The translations under genes and the position numbers were made by a program. The notes under the pieces were generated by a model, which saw nothing but the letters and a program-made list of their open reading frames with translations, was not told the DNA's origin and did not search any database. DNA of 63,200 bases, filler included, from Reclinomonas americana ATCC 50394 (Eukaryota): NCBI GenBank assembly GCA_048213135.1. It is 12 parts of 6 records of this genome, joined end to end, with 100 filler letters (N's around TTAATTAATTAA, not from the genome) between each part and the next. Parts side by side here need not be neighbours in the genome. Positions count along the whole stretch, not along the records: positions 49,150 to 54,015 come from PS015898.1; positions 54,116 to 63,200 come from PS015900.1; 10 more parts are not named here. One strand, 5' to 3'. Shown in pieces: positions 49,184 to 61,291 of the stretch; position 1 is the stretch's first letter, and each line of letters starts with the position of its first letter.

Positions 49184-51226
49184 CTCCTCCCCCCCACCCC
49201 CCAACCCCGCCTTCCACTACTACCCGTACCACCGCGAACCCGACTGGTTCTTCTACCTGGTGCTCTTCACCGCCTGGGGCACGCTCTTCTCCACCCTCAT
49301 CACCTTCTTCAACCTGCTCCGTCGCCGCTTCCTCGACATCACCAACTGGCACGACACGGTCTCCTCGTACTGCGCCAACCCCGCCCGCTTCGGCAACCGC
49401 TTCCTCCTCACTGTGCTCAGCATCCTCGCCGGCACCATGGCCTACCTGCTGCACGAAGAGTACGTGTCGCGACGCGATGCCGGCGACAATGACTGGCGCT
49501 TCTGGGTGCGCTTTGTCATCACCTTCCTGTCGCCGACCGGCGGTGTGGCGTACACCAGTGGCAAGCCGCCGCACAATGTGAGGCACTGGAACTGGGGCAC
49601 GTTCCAGCTGCCGATCTGGATCAGTGTGGCGCTGCATTGCGTGACGGCGCTGGCGTACATTGTACTGCATCCGGTGTGCAATCTCAGCTACGTGCTCGAC
49701 GCCGGCGACTCGTTCACGTCGACGGGCGGACGCGTGATTGTGGTGCTGTCGTGGATCTCGGTGTCGCTGCTGGCCATTTTCCTGTTTGTGCAGTCGGCCA
49801 TCGAGGTCATGTACAATGGCATTCTGCAGAACATCTGGCACTCGGTCAAGCACTTTACGCTGCTGGCGCGCGCCATTGTCTTGCAGCACAAGCCGCCGAA
49901 GCAGGCGGTGAAGGAGGTGTGTGCGCCGGCGCACACGCATCACACGGACTGGAGCGCGGTCGGACCGGGCACGGTGGCCGTCGTGCAGGAGAACTGCTGG
50001 ACGCACCGCATGCATCAGGCGTACGCGCTGGTGGAGGCGGCGCCGTCGATGCCGCCGACGCCCGCCACCGTCGCCATGCAGACCGCGGAGGGCGCCAGGG
50101 AGGCGCGCGATGTGTTTGAGGAGTCGGAGGCGGCCGACACGGCGGCGGCCGGCGACACCTCCAAGTCCAAGCTGCGCGTGCGTCGCGGCGAGTTGGCGGC
50201 GGCCAAGGGCGGCAAGACGGTGATGAGCAGCGAGAAGCATGAGGAGNNNNNNNNNNNNNNNNNNNNNNNNNNNNNNNNNNNNNNNNNNNNNNNNNNNNNN
50301 NNNNNNNNNNNNNNNNNNNNNNNNNNNNNNNNNNNNNNNNNNNNNNNNNNNNNNNNNNNNNNNNNNNNNNNNNNNNNNNNNNNNNNNNNNNNNNNNNNNN
50401 NNNNNNNNNNNNNNNNNNNNNNNNNNNNNNNNNNNNNNNNNNNNNNNNNNNNNNNNNNNNNNNNNNNNNNNNNNNNNNNNNNNNNNNNNNNNNNNNNNNN
50501 NNNNNNNNNNNNNNNNNNNNNNNNNNNNNNNNNNNNNNNNNNNNNNNNNNNNNNNNNNNNNNNNNNNNNNNNNNNNNNNNNNNNNNNNNNNNNNNNNNNN
50601 NNNNNNNNNNNNNNNNNNNNNNNNNNNNNNNNNNNNNNNNNNNNNNNNNNNNNNNNNNNNNNNNNNNNNNNNNNNNNNNNNNNNNNNNNNNNNNNNNNNN
50701 NNNNNNNNNNNNNNNNNNNNNNNNNNNNNNNNNNNNNNNNNNNNNAGAAGCAAGACGCCGGGGGCGCAAATGGTGGAGAACAGCGGGAAGTTGTATTTGG
50801 TGATTGATGCGGAGGTGAGGAAAAGGGGAAGGGTGGAGGGGAAGGGATGGGAGGAGCAGAGGATTGCATTTCTTGTCTCTCTGTCTCTCTCTTTGCCTCG
50901 CTGCTCCTCATCCCTCTATCAACATTCCTCGTGGTGTCTGTATCTTCTCTCATTGCTCTGCCATGTTGATGTTCCAGATATCCTTGTCCGTCTCGCACTC
51001 TTTTTGTCCCTTTTCCTAGTCAGCTCTCCTTCTTGTGTTTCTCTCATATCTTTTGTCTTCCTTCTAGCCCTCTCTTCTCTCTTGCGGAAGGGACACTGTT
51101 AGGGGGAGGAGTAGACTTGGTCATCAGGTTTTTTGTCTGTGATTGGCGAGTTGGTTTGATGAGAGCTTCTTCGACAGCAGTCCTGCTGCTCGGCTCTCTT
51201 CTCTCTCTTTCTTCCTCTTCCTCTTC

Positions 51227-51274
<48 letters not shown>

Positions 51275-52501
51275 AAGTGTCCACAATGCGTCATGATTAT
51301 TCTGCATCTAGTTGTCAAGCAGCGTCGCTGAGGAGGGGGAGGTAACAAGTGTTCTCACGCACATCGAAGAAGAGATGAGAGAGGCGCTCAGAGAGTGTGT
51401 GAGAAAGAACGAGAGAGCAGCGAGAAGACAGAGAAGATATTAGGATATTGCACGGTTTTGGTGACATTTTTGAACAAGCCATGCGAGAATCAGGGTTGGA
51501 GACAAGAGTACTAGTACTGTGCTTCCAGAAGCGCTCATGACGGTTCATTGCAATATATCACCTCGTTCATTCTACCCCTCCTGCACGCCTACCCATGTCA
51601 CCGCGGGGCCTTCTTCTTTCCCCCTTCAGGTCTTTCCCTCCTCACCAATCGCATTCATTCTTCGCCCTCTGGGCGCCGCGCTCTGTTCTATCCTGCAACA
51701 GTTCCGTTTCTTCTGTATCTTCCTCTCTGCGCACCAATCACAGATCTCCTTGCAGTCTGTCGTCTTCTTTCTCTTCTCAGATTATTTTCACCCGTCGTTG
51801 CTCACCTTCCCCTGCGCTCGCCACCCCGTTGTCTGCATCTCTTCACAATCTGGAATCACCTGTCACCTTCCCGCAGACCATTCTCATTTCTTGCCTTCCG
51901 CTCCGTGCGCATTCCTGTTCGTATTTCGTTCTCAAGCCGTGCTCACGTACCCCGTTTCCATCCCCTGCTTCCCCTGCACTTGAAATCCAATATCATTCAC
52001 TTTCATTTTTCCTTCCTCTCCCTTCTTTCTCTTCTCCCTCATCTCCCCCCTTTCTCCCTTCTCGCGCAGGCCGTGGCCGCCGCCGCCGAACCCGGCTACG
52101 ACAACGACTGCGTGTACCACGTGTACCGCTGCTGCGAGCTGCCGACGACGGCGCACCTGACGACGCGCGAGCAGCCGTCCACGGCCACCAAGGGCCAGGG
52201 CAAGACGGACTTTTTCGACCTGTTGGTGACGGTGGAGACGCCCGACGGCAACGAGCTGTTCGGCTCGACGTCGGTGCGCCACCAGCGCGGACAGCCGCTG
52301 GTGGTGGAGGTGCCGTACTTTAATGCCACGGAGGAGATTGGCAACGAGCGCGTGATTCGCGTGGCGGACCTGAAGAGCCGCAGCCACCTGGCGTGGTCGC
52401 TGGTCAGCTTCATGGCCGAGGTGTTGGTGCTCGGTTTCACCGTCGCCACCTCGCTGCTGATGATGATGCACCGCAACCAGTACCTCACCTGGTTGAAGTG
52501 A
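49184..52501 (+). CDS. Multi-pass membrane protein (possibly Frag1/DRAM/Sfk1-like), partial
   Basis: Long GC-rich exon 49184-50246 with ~5 hydrophobic segments (TVSSY...RFLLTVLSILAG; VALHCVTALAYIVL), an exon ending at ~50814, and last exon 52070-52501 with a further TM segment. The family call is weak. Confidence 0.6.
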
Positions 52502-52635
52502 GCTTTTGGTGGCGTTGGGTTTTTTCCTTCTCCTTTTCTTTTCTCTTTCCCGTATGACAGCATCGTGCATGCGTTGTAGTACAGCGACCCTGGAGTGTGC
52601 CGCAATTCTTCATAATTTTCTCGTGATGCGCGCTC

Positions 52636-53896
52636 TCAAGTCTGCGTAATCTCCCTCTCCTTTCTCGTGTACACCTGATCGACGTCCTGCATCGTCGCGT
52701 GCACGGCATTCTCCACCAGCTTGCGAAGGCGCTCCACTTCGTCTTCGCCCTCGCCGGACTTGTTAATGTCGGCCATCCAGTCGCGACGCACGTTGCGCAC
52801 GCGCTGCTTGCACTGCTCGCGCATGGTGGAGGCCGTCTTGACCAGCGCGGTGCGCGTCTCCTGCGACATTTTCGGCAGCGGGATCACCACAGTATCGCCG
52901 TCCACAGAGGGGTTGAGGTTCATGCCGCATTCGCGGATAGAGCGTTCCACGGCGCCGACGATCTGCGAGAGGGAAAGGGTGAGGGTGAGGGAGAAGGGAA
53001 AGGGTGAGGGAGAAGGGGGAGAGGGAAAGGGAAGAGGATCAAAGGGGGAGCAAAGGGAGAAGGCGAAGGGGGTAGAGGAACGGGAAGAGGGATAGGTGCA
53101 AAGGGCGAGGCACAGAGAAAAGCAAACGGGGGAAGCAAAGGGCGAAGCAAAAGGGGGAAGCAAAGGGCGAGGCACAGAGAAAAGCAAACGGGGGAAGCAA
53201 AGGGCGAAGCAAAAGGGGGAAGCAAAGGGGGAAGCAAAGGGCGAAGCAAAGGGGGAAGCAAAGGGCGAAGCAAAGGGAAAAGCAAAGGAAAAAGCAAAGG
53301 GGGAAGCGAAAGGTGAAGCACGGGGCGAAGCAAAGCGGACGCAAAGGGGACGCAAAGGGGACGCAAAGGGAGAAGAGGAAGGGGGAAGCGAAGGGGGAAG
53401 CGAAGGGGGGAACACACAGGGGGAGAGCGAACGGATGATGCGAAGGGTGAAGCAAAGGGCGAAGCAAAGGGGGAAGCAAATGGGGAAAGCGAAGGGGGGA
53501 AGCAAAGGGGGGAAGCAAAGGGGGGAAGCAAAGGCGGGAAGCAAAGGGGGGAAGCAAAGGGGGGAAGCAAAGGTCGAAGCAAAGGGCGAAGCAAAGGGCG
53601 AAGCAAAGGGGGAAGAGCAAGGGAAAGACCAAGGGAGATGATCAAGTTTGAAGCGACAGGGAACGAGCAGAGAAAAGCAGCGTACGAGAGACCCAAAGCC
53701 TCTAGGATGGCAAGAGAACGAGGGGGGAGAAGGCTTTCGCGAGCAGCACACAAGCAGCTCCCATACACACGCACCGACTTGTCATACACCGTAATGGAGA
53801 CGAGCGTGGCACCGCGCACAGCAATCTGCCCGAGCGCCGAGATCGGCTGCGCTTTCTGATTCCCATACGCATCAACACGCACTCCATCAAACATGC
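52636..53896 (-). CDS. MRRF: Organellar (probably mitochondrial) ribosome recycling factor, 5' part in gap
   Basis: FDGVRVDAYG...PISALGQIAV...ITVYDKS spliced to IVGAVERSIRECGMNLNPSVDG...IPLPKMSQETR..LVK...EQCKQRVRNVRRD...KEREI, the classical RRF signature. Confidence 0.93.
53095..53630. repeat. Intronic 12-bp minisatellite (GCAAAGGG(C/G)GAA)
   Basis: Directly visible in the RRF intron. Confidence 0.9.
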
Positions 53897-54208
53897 CTGC
53901 ATAAGAGCACAGTAAGAGCAAGCTCTCAGTCACGCCCAGTGAGACATAGAAGAGAGTGAGGGTGAGGGAGCGAGGGAGGGGATGGAGAACGAGAGCAGGA
54001 GAGGAAGGAATAAGCNNNNNNNNNNNNNNNNNNNNNNNNNNNNNNNNNNNNNNNNNNNNTTAATTAATTAANNNNNNNNNNNNNNNNNNNNNNNNNNNNN
54101 NNNNNNNNNNNNNNNGAGAGAGAGAGAGAGAGCAGCAGCATTGTGAGTCGTGTCTCTCTCTCTCTCTCTCTCTCTTGTGTGCGTGCATTGATGATTGTTT
54201 GTTGTCAG

Positions 54209-56210
54209 GATCTGTGTGCTCCGGATTTCGTGCTGTGTGCCAGTGAGCTGCATCACTTGTGTCGGTGAGTAATGGTGAGAAAGGCAATGCGCTGGCTTGC
54301 TTGACTCACTCATGTGGCAATGATTGCCAGTGAGCATGTGACGGAGAGTGGATCGGATCTGTGTGGCGATGGGGTCATGTCGGTGGCCACTATGCACGAG
54401 GTTCCGCGTCGATTCCAACTTATGTATAGTAACATGAAGGTTGCGTTATGGGTGTCTATTGATGCACAGTGCATCGCCAGTGATGTTGACATGAGAGAGA
54501 GCACCACAGATTGCATGCCCGCTGTGCCACACACCGATGGTTCGTGTTTGTCATCAAGAGTTTGTCTTGCTGTCTTCCTCACTGGTGGATGAGCAGACGG
54601 TGGGCGACTACTATCGTACACATGGCTTGACGCAGTGCCCGTATGCATGCGAGAGATGTGGACAGCAGATGACACTGGATCGCACGGCAGAGCATGAGTG
54701 GAGTGGATGCTTGCGAGAGTGTCCACTGGGGTGTGGAGCGAGGATGTCACTGAGTGAGATGGTGGAGCACAGCTGGAGTGGGTGCATGCGAGCGTGTCCG
54801 CGTGGATGTCAGCAGCAGTGTTCACTGGCAGAGATGCAGCGGCATCTTGGTAAGTGTGCTTGGAGGAGAGATGTGGAATGATACTGATTTGTTCTCTTGT
54901 TGCAGAAACGGAGTGCCGACTGCAGCACACAGTGTGTCGTGGTGGTGAACTGGGATGTAGATGGCGTGGGATCATTGGTGAGAGGGAGGAGCATGAACGA
55001 GTGTGTGATGTGTTGCGAGTGGAGCGACCACTGCGCGAGGTTTGTGAGAGATGTTGGAGAATGCATTCCGTTGTTCTGATTTGGGGCATGCGTGCACAGC
55101 TGCACGATCGAGTGCGAGAGCTTCCCCAGCTGCAAGTGCAAGTGCGTGAGCTATCTCAGCTCGTGGCTCACGAGAGGGAAGCTAGACAAGCATCTGATGA
55201 GCGACTTGTCGACTGTGTGGGGATGCTTGTCGAGTGCCGCCAGCAACTGGCTGATGAGCGCCAGTCGAGGCAAGCTGAGATTCAGGCTGCTCGTGACCAG
55301 CTGGCTGAAGAGATGCGCATGCGTGAATCTCTCGACAGAGGTGTCACTGAGGTCTGCTACGTGATTGCCTGTGGATTTTTGACTCTTCTTTCCTCATTCT
55401 GTCCCCTATGCATTCGCAGCTTCTCGCCCGTCTCGAGCCGCTGGAGATGCGCGAACGAGCGATCCAGGAGCGGGAGACTGCTGAACGCGAGCGGCTGGCT
55501 AGAGAGCAGGAGGAGCGAGAGCGGCAGGCCAGAGAGCGAGAGGAGCGGGAGCGGCAGGCCAGGGAGCGAGAGGAGCGCGAGCGAGCGGAGAGGAAGATTG
55601 ACAGCGATCTGCTGACTGTGGCAGATGCGCGAGTGGTGCTGCAGTGGGTCCAACAGGCGCGAGGCGGAGGGAGTGTGCCCAAGTTGACGTTACTGTTCAA
55701 GGGCAGTCGAGATGGGTTCAAGGCAGCCACATTCCATCAGCGATGTGACAATCGTGGGTGAGTGATTATTGGAGAGCGACAGCTGAGTACTCGATGGCTA
55801 ATGGATGAGTGACTTTGTGCAGACCGACGCTGATTGTGGGCAAATCGGCAACGGGACGAGTGTGTGGTGGATACACACCTGTGTCGTGGCAGTCTACGGA
55901 CAGCTATATCGCCGATCCATCCGGCACCACCTTCTTGTTCTCCGCGTCGTGGACTGGTGCAAGTGTGCGTCGCTTTTCACCGAAGGAGGATCGGAAACAG
56001 TATGCCGTTTATCACTACTCTGGGCAAGGACCTGCGTTCGGAGGTGGACACGACTTTTACTTGACTGACAGCTGCAACAGCAACAGCAACAGCTCCAGCA
56101 ACCTTGGAAACTCGTACAAGAGCAGCGACGGTGCTGCATATGACACCACGACCCTGATGGGATCGTATAACTTCCAAGTGGCCGACTACGAAGTCTTCCT
56201 CGTCGAATAA
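54209..56210 (+). CDS. TRAF-type zinc-finger, coiled-coil and TLDc domain protein
   Basis: Degenerate RING-like exon, then YSNMKIACPLC and repeated C..C/CP.GC...H...C fingers. An E/R-rich coil follows, then TLDc motifs LLFKGSRDGF...FHQRCDNRGPTL...GGYT..SW...FLFS...GPAFGGGHD...YEVF. Confidence 0.88.
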
Positions 56211-56337
56211 AAACAACACATAAGCTACAAACCCAACGAAACGACGTCCACACACAACCACCAGTTCAACAACGTCGGTTGTCATTCACCACAATCATGT
56301 CCTCACTCACTCACCGCACTCACTCAACAACAAGAGA

Positions 56338-57375
56338 ATGGGCTGCCACCACTCCTCCCACCCTCACCTCACCGTCATCGAACCCACTCCCTCCCACACC
56401 ACCACAACTCGAACCTCTGCCAACAGACTCGAACCACCCGCACCTCCCACTCCACCTCTCCTCGCCCTCCCCCAATCAACCCCACCTACACTCCCCATAT
56501 CATCACATTCTCCTGCCATTCCATCGCCATCTCCTCAACCAGCTGTTCCATCGCATTCTCCTCAGCTGCAACCAACAACAATCATTCAGTCGCAATCTCC
56601 TGCCATTTCCTCGCATTCTCCTGCCACTATTGTTGTTGTGGATCCCAGTCAGGTTCTGGTGCTGGCGACTGCGGCCATGGCCGAATGCAGTGTGACTCGC
56701 GCAGAGGAAGCCTTTTGCGCGTACATGCAACTGGAGTCGAGTGGGCGACACCCGCCCGTGACTCTGAGCAAGACTCTGTTGAAGATCGCGGTGGCGAAGC
56801 ATCAGATTGCGGTGCGACTGGCGGAGCTGGAGAGACACGAGGATTGCTTGCTGTTGTGTGGGGATACGCTGCAGAGGGTGTTGCGGAGGTTGCCGGGGGC
56901 GTGTACGCGCGAGAACCGCATGAAGGCGCATACGACGGCCGCGGTGTGTTGTGCGAGGTTGGGGAGGATTGCGCAGGTGGGTGGGAAATGGGGAAAGGGA
57001 GAGTATGCGTTCTCTGCACTCTCTTGCTCTGTGGCCTTCTTGTCTTGTGAGTGAAAAGGGAGAGGGAGGGGGATGGGGGAGCATGGTGTCTCTTGTCTTC
57101 TTATGTGGCCTTCCTGTCTTGCGAGTGAAGGGGGTTGGAGAGGGATGGGGGAGCATGGTGTCTCTGTGCTCTCTTCCTTTGTAGCTTTCTTGTCTATTGA
57201 GAGAAATGGGGTGGAGAGAGAGAGGGAAAGGGAAGGGAGAGCATGATGTCTCTGCGCTCTCTTCTTCTACTCTATCATCTCTCGTTTCTTTCATTACTTG
57301 CATCGTCTCGTTGCAAGTCGTCTCCTTTCGCCCCTCCCGTCTGGCTCCACTTGCTCTTCTTTGCAGCTGCGTACT

Positions 57376-57418
<43 letters not shown>

Positions 57419-58658
57419 CATCTTTCGCATCTTGGTTTCTCATTCTCACCCCCTCTGCCTCTCTCTCACTCCCCGTCGTTCCTTCTCCCTGTTCATTCCC
57501 CCTTCACCTTCCCCATTCTCCTTCCCCTTCTCCTTCCCCTTCTCTTTCCCCCTTCTCCTTCCCCCCTTCTCCCCCTTCCCCTCTCCCTTCTCCTCCCCCC
57601 CTCTCCTCCTGCTCCTCCTCCTCCTCCCCCCTTCTCCCCCCCTTCGCCCTCACCCTCCCCCCCTCATCTCGCAGGGCCTCGAGCACGAAAAACAAGCCAT
57701 GGAACTCATCCGCCAACTCTACCGCATCGACTGCGTCCACGTCGGCCACGACACCCCCGCCCGCCTGTTCCGTCTCCTCTCCTCCCTTTGTCTTCCCCTC
57801 TCGCCGCCCATCCTTGTGCTCACTGATCCCTCCCTGTGATCAGTGTGGTCCACCCGCAAATCCACGACACTCGAACCCACCACCAATTCTCGCACTCGCT
57901 CCTCACGCTGGCCTGGTTTGCGAGTGCCCTCGACCCACCCACAGACGCCTCTGTCCGGCTCCTCCACTCGTGCGTCGCCGAAATCCTCGACATTATGGAG
58001 TGGGCGCCGAAGCGACTCATCTGGCACCTGGCGTCGCCCGAGCACGGAGTTGGTTGCGTCTCTTGTCCATCCTTTCCTTTCACTGTGCGATTTTCTTCTC
58101 ACCGCTCGTTGCAGACGAAACCAATCTCGAAGAGGCGCTGTCGTTCTTCTACGCCTTTATCACCAACGACTTTGACCAGAAGATCCTCTTTTCGACGCAG
58201 CAGCTGGAGCAGATCCAGGGTACGTCCACCTTGTATTGGAATTCTGACTGCGCGCGGTGGTGTCTCACCACTCGTGCCTGTGCGCAGAGAGTGTGCGTCA
58301 CATTTGGAGCCTGGTGCAGCGCGTGGCCGACTCGAAGAACGACGTGCAGCGCCGCAAAATCTACAAGCGCACCGGCTGGCTCCTGTCGCACATTGAGCAG
58401 CTGTCGCGCCCGGTGCTCGTCGCCGAGTCACCGAGCTCCCGCCGACCGCCATCGGCGCGCCACCACCACCAACGCGCTCACGACGAGGAGGCCGAGCAGG
58501 ACGTGGTCGACCAGGAGGTGGTGACACTGGAGGTGGCGGAGCGCATGGTCGGCAAATCGCCGCTCGACATGGATGGCGATGAGCGAGAAGGGGAAGAGTA
58601 TCACCAGCCGCCGCCTCTGCGCAGGCGGTCGGGCCCGACACCGAGAATACACAGGTGA
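56338..58658 (+). CDS. Hypothetical helical (TPR-like) protein with MGC acylation motif
   Basis: Starts MGCHHS, then a Pro/Ser-rich linker and helical exons joined by GT-AG introns (56338-56976, from 57675, ~57844-58052, 58115-58219, ~58288-58658). Some boundaries are approximate. Confidence 0.6.
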
Positions 58659-58862
58659 TGGATGATTGGAGTATGACTCGTCCTGCAAGTGATGTTACTG
58701 CATCGTCTCTCTTCCGTCTTGCGGCCCTCTGTCTCTTTTTCTTTTCACTCTCCTCCCCTTCCCTCCTTCGCCCTCTCTTCCACCTTCCCCTTTCCCCCTT
58801 CCCCCTTCCCCCTCCCTTCCCCCATTCATCCCTTCTCCCATTTGTCACACGACACTGTCATC

Positions 58863-60724
58863 TTACTCTTTACTCTCCGCGGGTATTGGCGGCACTCGCG
58901 GCGGAGCAGCATTGATTTCCGTCTGCTCCGCGCTGTCGAGCGACAAGTGTCGGCGAACTCTATCGTGTTGTTGTTGCTGCAGCAGAGGCGGCAGTAGTGG
59001 TGGCAAGTTGCCTTGTGTTTCTTGCGCCGTGCCCAGAAACGCGGCATAGTGCGCCGCCTGCTGCGCCAGTGGCATGTGGTGGTGATGGTGGTGCGCGTGC
59101 GCGTGCGGAGACGGACTCGCCGTGGCCAGCATCGGATTGGAGGTCTGTCGCGTGGTGTTGGTGTTGGCAAACATGGAACGCGGCGAGGTCGTGCAGCCAG
59201 TGGCCACTCGCTGACTGAACGGCTGCCCGATCGCCTCGCGTGCCTGCTCCAGTTGCTCGTGCTCCGAGCCGGCGCCGGCAGTGAACGAGCCGACTCCTGA
59301 CAAGAAGTCGGCGGCGCTCGCTGACGGCGACAGGGGTATGGCGGTGCGCAGCATGGTGGATCCCACCGACTCGAACGAGCTCTGCGACGATCGCGACTGT
59401 GTCGCCCCGCCCTGCGACGCCGACTGCTGCGACACGTCGTCGATCCACGCGCATATGCGGCGGTTTTTCAACCATTGGCGGACGGTCTGCGAAGGAATAC
59501 TGCACGTCAGTATCAACCGCACAGGTGATTTGCGGAAGGAGCAGTGCGTAACTTCCTTGCCAAGGTAGTCGGGTCGTTGTTCTAGCACCTGTGCAGTGTG
59601 CGTTGATGGCATGAGCGAAGTGGAAGAGAAGAAGAAGTGGGGGAGGAGGAGAGCAAAGGGAAGAAGACGAAGAAGGAGGAAGAGACGAAGAGGAGGGGCA
59701 GAAGAAGAAGAAGAAGAAGAAGAATAACAACAACAACAACAACAACAAGAAGGAGATTTTGGAGGAGGAGGAGGAGGAGGAGGAGGATGACAAGAAGGAG
59801 AAAAAGATACAGGAAGCGTGAAGAGGAGAAGAAACAGGGGAGGAGAGAGAAAAAGAAGGAGGAAGAGGAGTCAGAAAATATAGCATGGTGGAAAAGAAGC
59901 TAAAGCGGAAGGAGAAGAAGAATAGCAATAAGGAGAAAAGATGAAGACAGTGTGAAGGTGAGAATGAGGAGAGGAAGAATAACAAGAGAGAAGATCGCAG
60001 ATGCAGAGAAAGCACAAGAAACGGAGAGGAGAAAGAGGAAGTAAATACAGCACAAGAGGGAGAAGTAGGAGGCGGTGGCGGTGATAGTGGTGGGAGGAAG
60101 AAGACCAAGAATTCATGAGATTTTGCAAACCTGCGCGTACGAGTCTCTCCGTTGCAACCACGTTCCCTTCTCCTCCGGTATCGACGCCAGCAGCAAGTAC
60201 TCGGTCACAGCACGACCCTGCACAGCACAACAAGCAGTCAGGTCACCCTCCCCCTTGCAGAAGCACCATCCTTATTTGCAATTTCTCACCTCCAACACAT
60301 TCGCCATTGGCTGCGTCGGCAACTCATCGCTCATGCCCTCCACACGCGTCCTCGCCTCATGCTCCGCCAGCACGGCCACTGTAAACCTCGGTGTGCTGAC
60401 CGCCGGCACTGTTTGTCCGGGAAGCGGCTGCTGCTGTGGCGACATTCTGTCCCCATTCGCCATTACGACCATGATTGGTGCGTCCTTGTTGTGCACGGGC
60501 GTCAATGCGGAGGACGACGATGAGGAGGAGGACGAGGTGCCGGAGAGAGACGAGTTGGATCCGCCACCGACAATGGCGTTGAATGCCGGCGCCGGCTTTG
60601 GAGGAGATTGGCATTTCGGAGCCCCGGGCCCGCAACCGACGTTGTTGTTGTTGTTGGTATTGCTTTTGATTGTGTTGTTGTCGGTGTGCAGTGGAAGCAC
60701 TGGTGTTGATTGCTGGCACCCCAT
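58863..60724 (-). CDS. Hypothetical low-complexity protein with MGC acylation motif
   Basis: Starts MGCQQS. Exons ~60724-60290, ~60245-60120, 59589-59553 and ~59487-58863. No family recognised. Confidence 0.55.
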
Positions 60725-61291
60725 CACTCTCTGTGGCACACACACACACACGCGCGCGTGCACACACAGTAAAAAATGAAGAGACTTTGTGTGTGCGTGG
60801 TGTGCTCTCTCTCGATCAATGAGAAAATTTGAGTGAATCATATGATTGGACCGCGACCAATTATGCGCAAATTGCCAAATCAGGCAGGCAACCAAACGGT
60901 TGCGCATGTCGAATAACGCCTGCAGGCATGCACGCGCCCACTGTCTCTCTCTTTCTTTCCATCCGGAACCATGCAGCAGCAGGCACCACAGTGTACTGTA
61001 GACCGGGAGAATGTATCGCTTTGACTGCAGATGCGCGACAGTATTTGTTTTTATATTTGGCTTGATTCTTGCATCCCATTCCGTGGCTTTTAATAAACCA
61101 CCAGCATCGCACATGGGATACCCGTGCCTTCTCCTGCCCTCCTCCTCCCACCTCCAACACATCCCGCGGAGGGCGAACAGTGCCTCCGTTTGCTACACCA
61201 TCGATTGGTCCCGTTATTTTCTGTATTGGAGACATGTCGTTTTTTGAGGCCGTGCATCGCGGTGCAAACAAAATAGGAAAGGATGCACTAT

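Noticed and set aside
12765..54071. Palindromic TTAATTAATTAA recurring 11 times
   Set aside because: It is always centred in a 100-nt block of Ns. This is an artificial six-frame-stop contig spacer, not biology.
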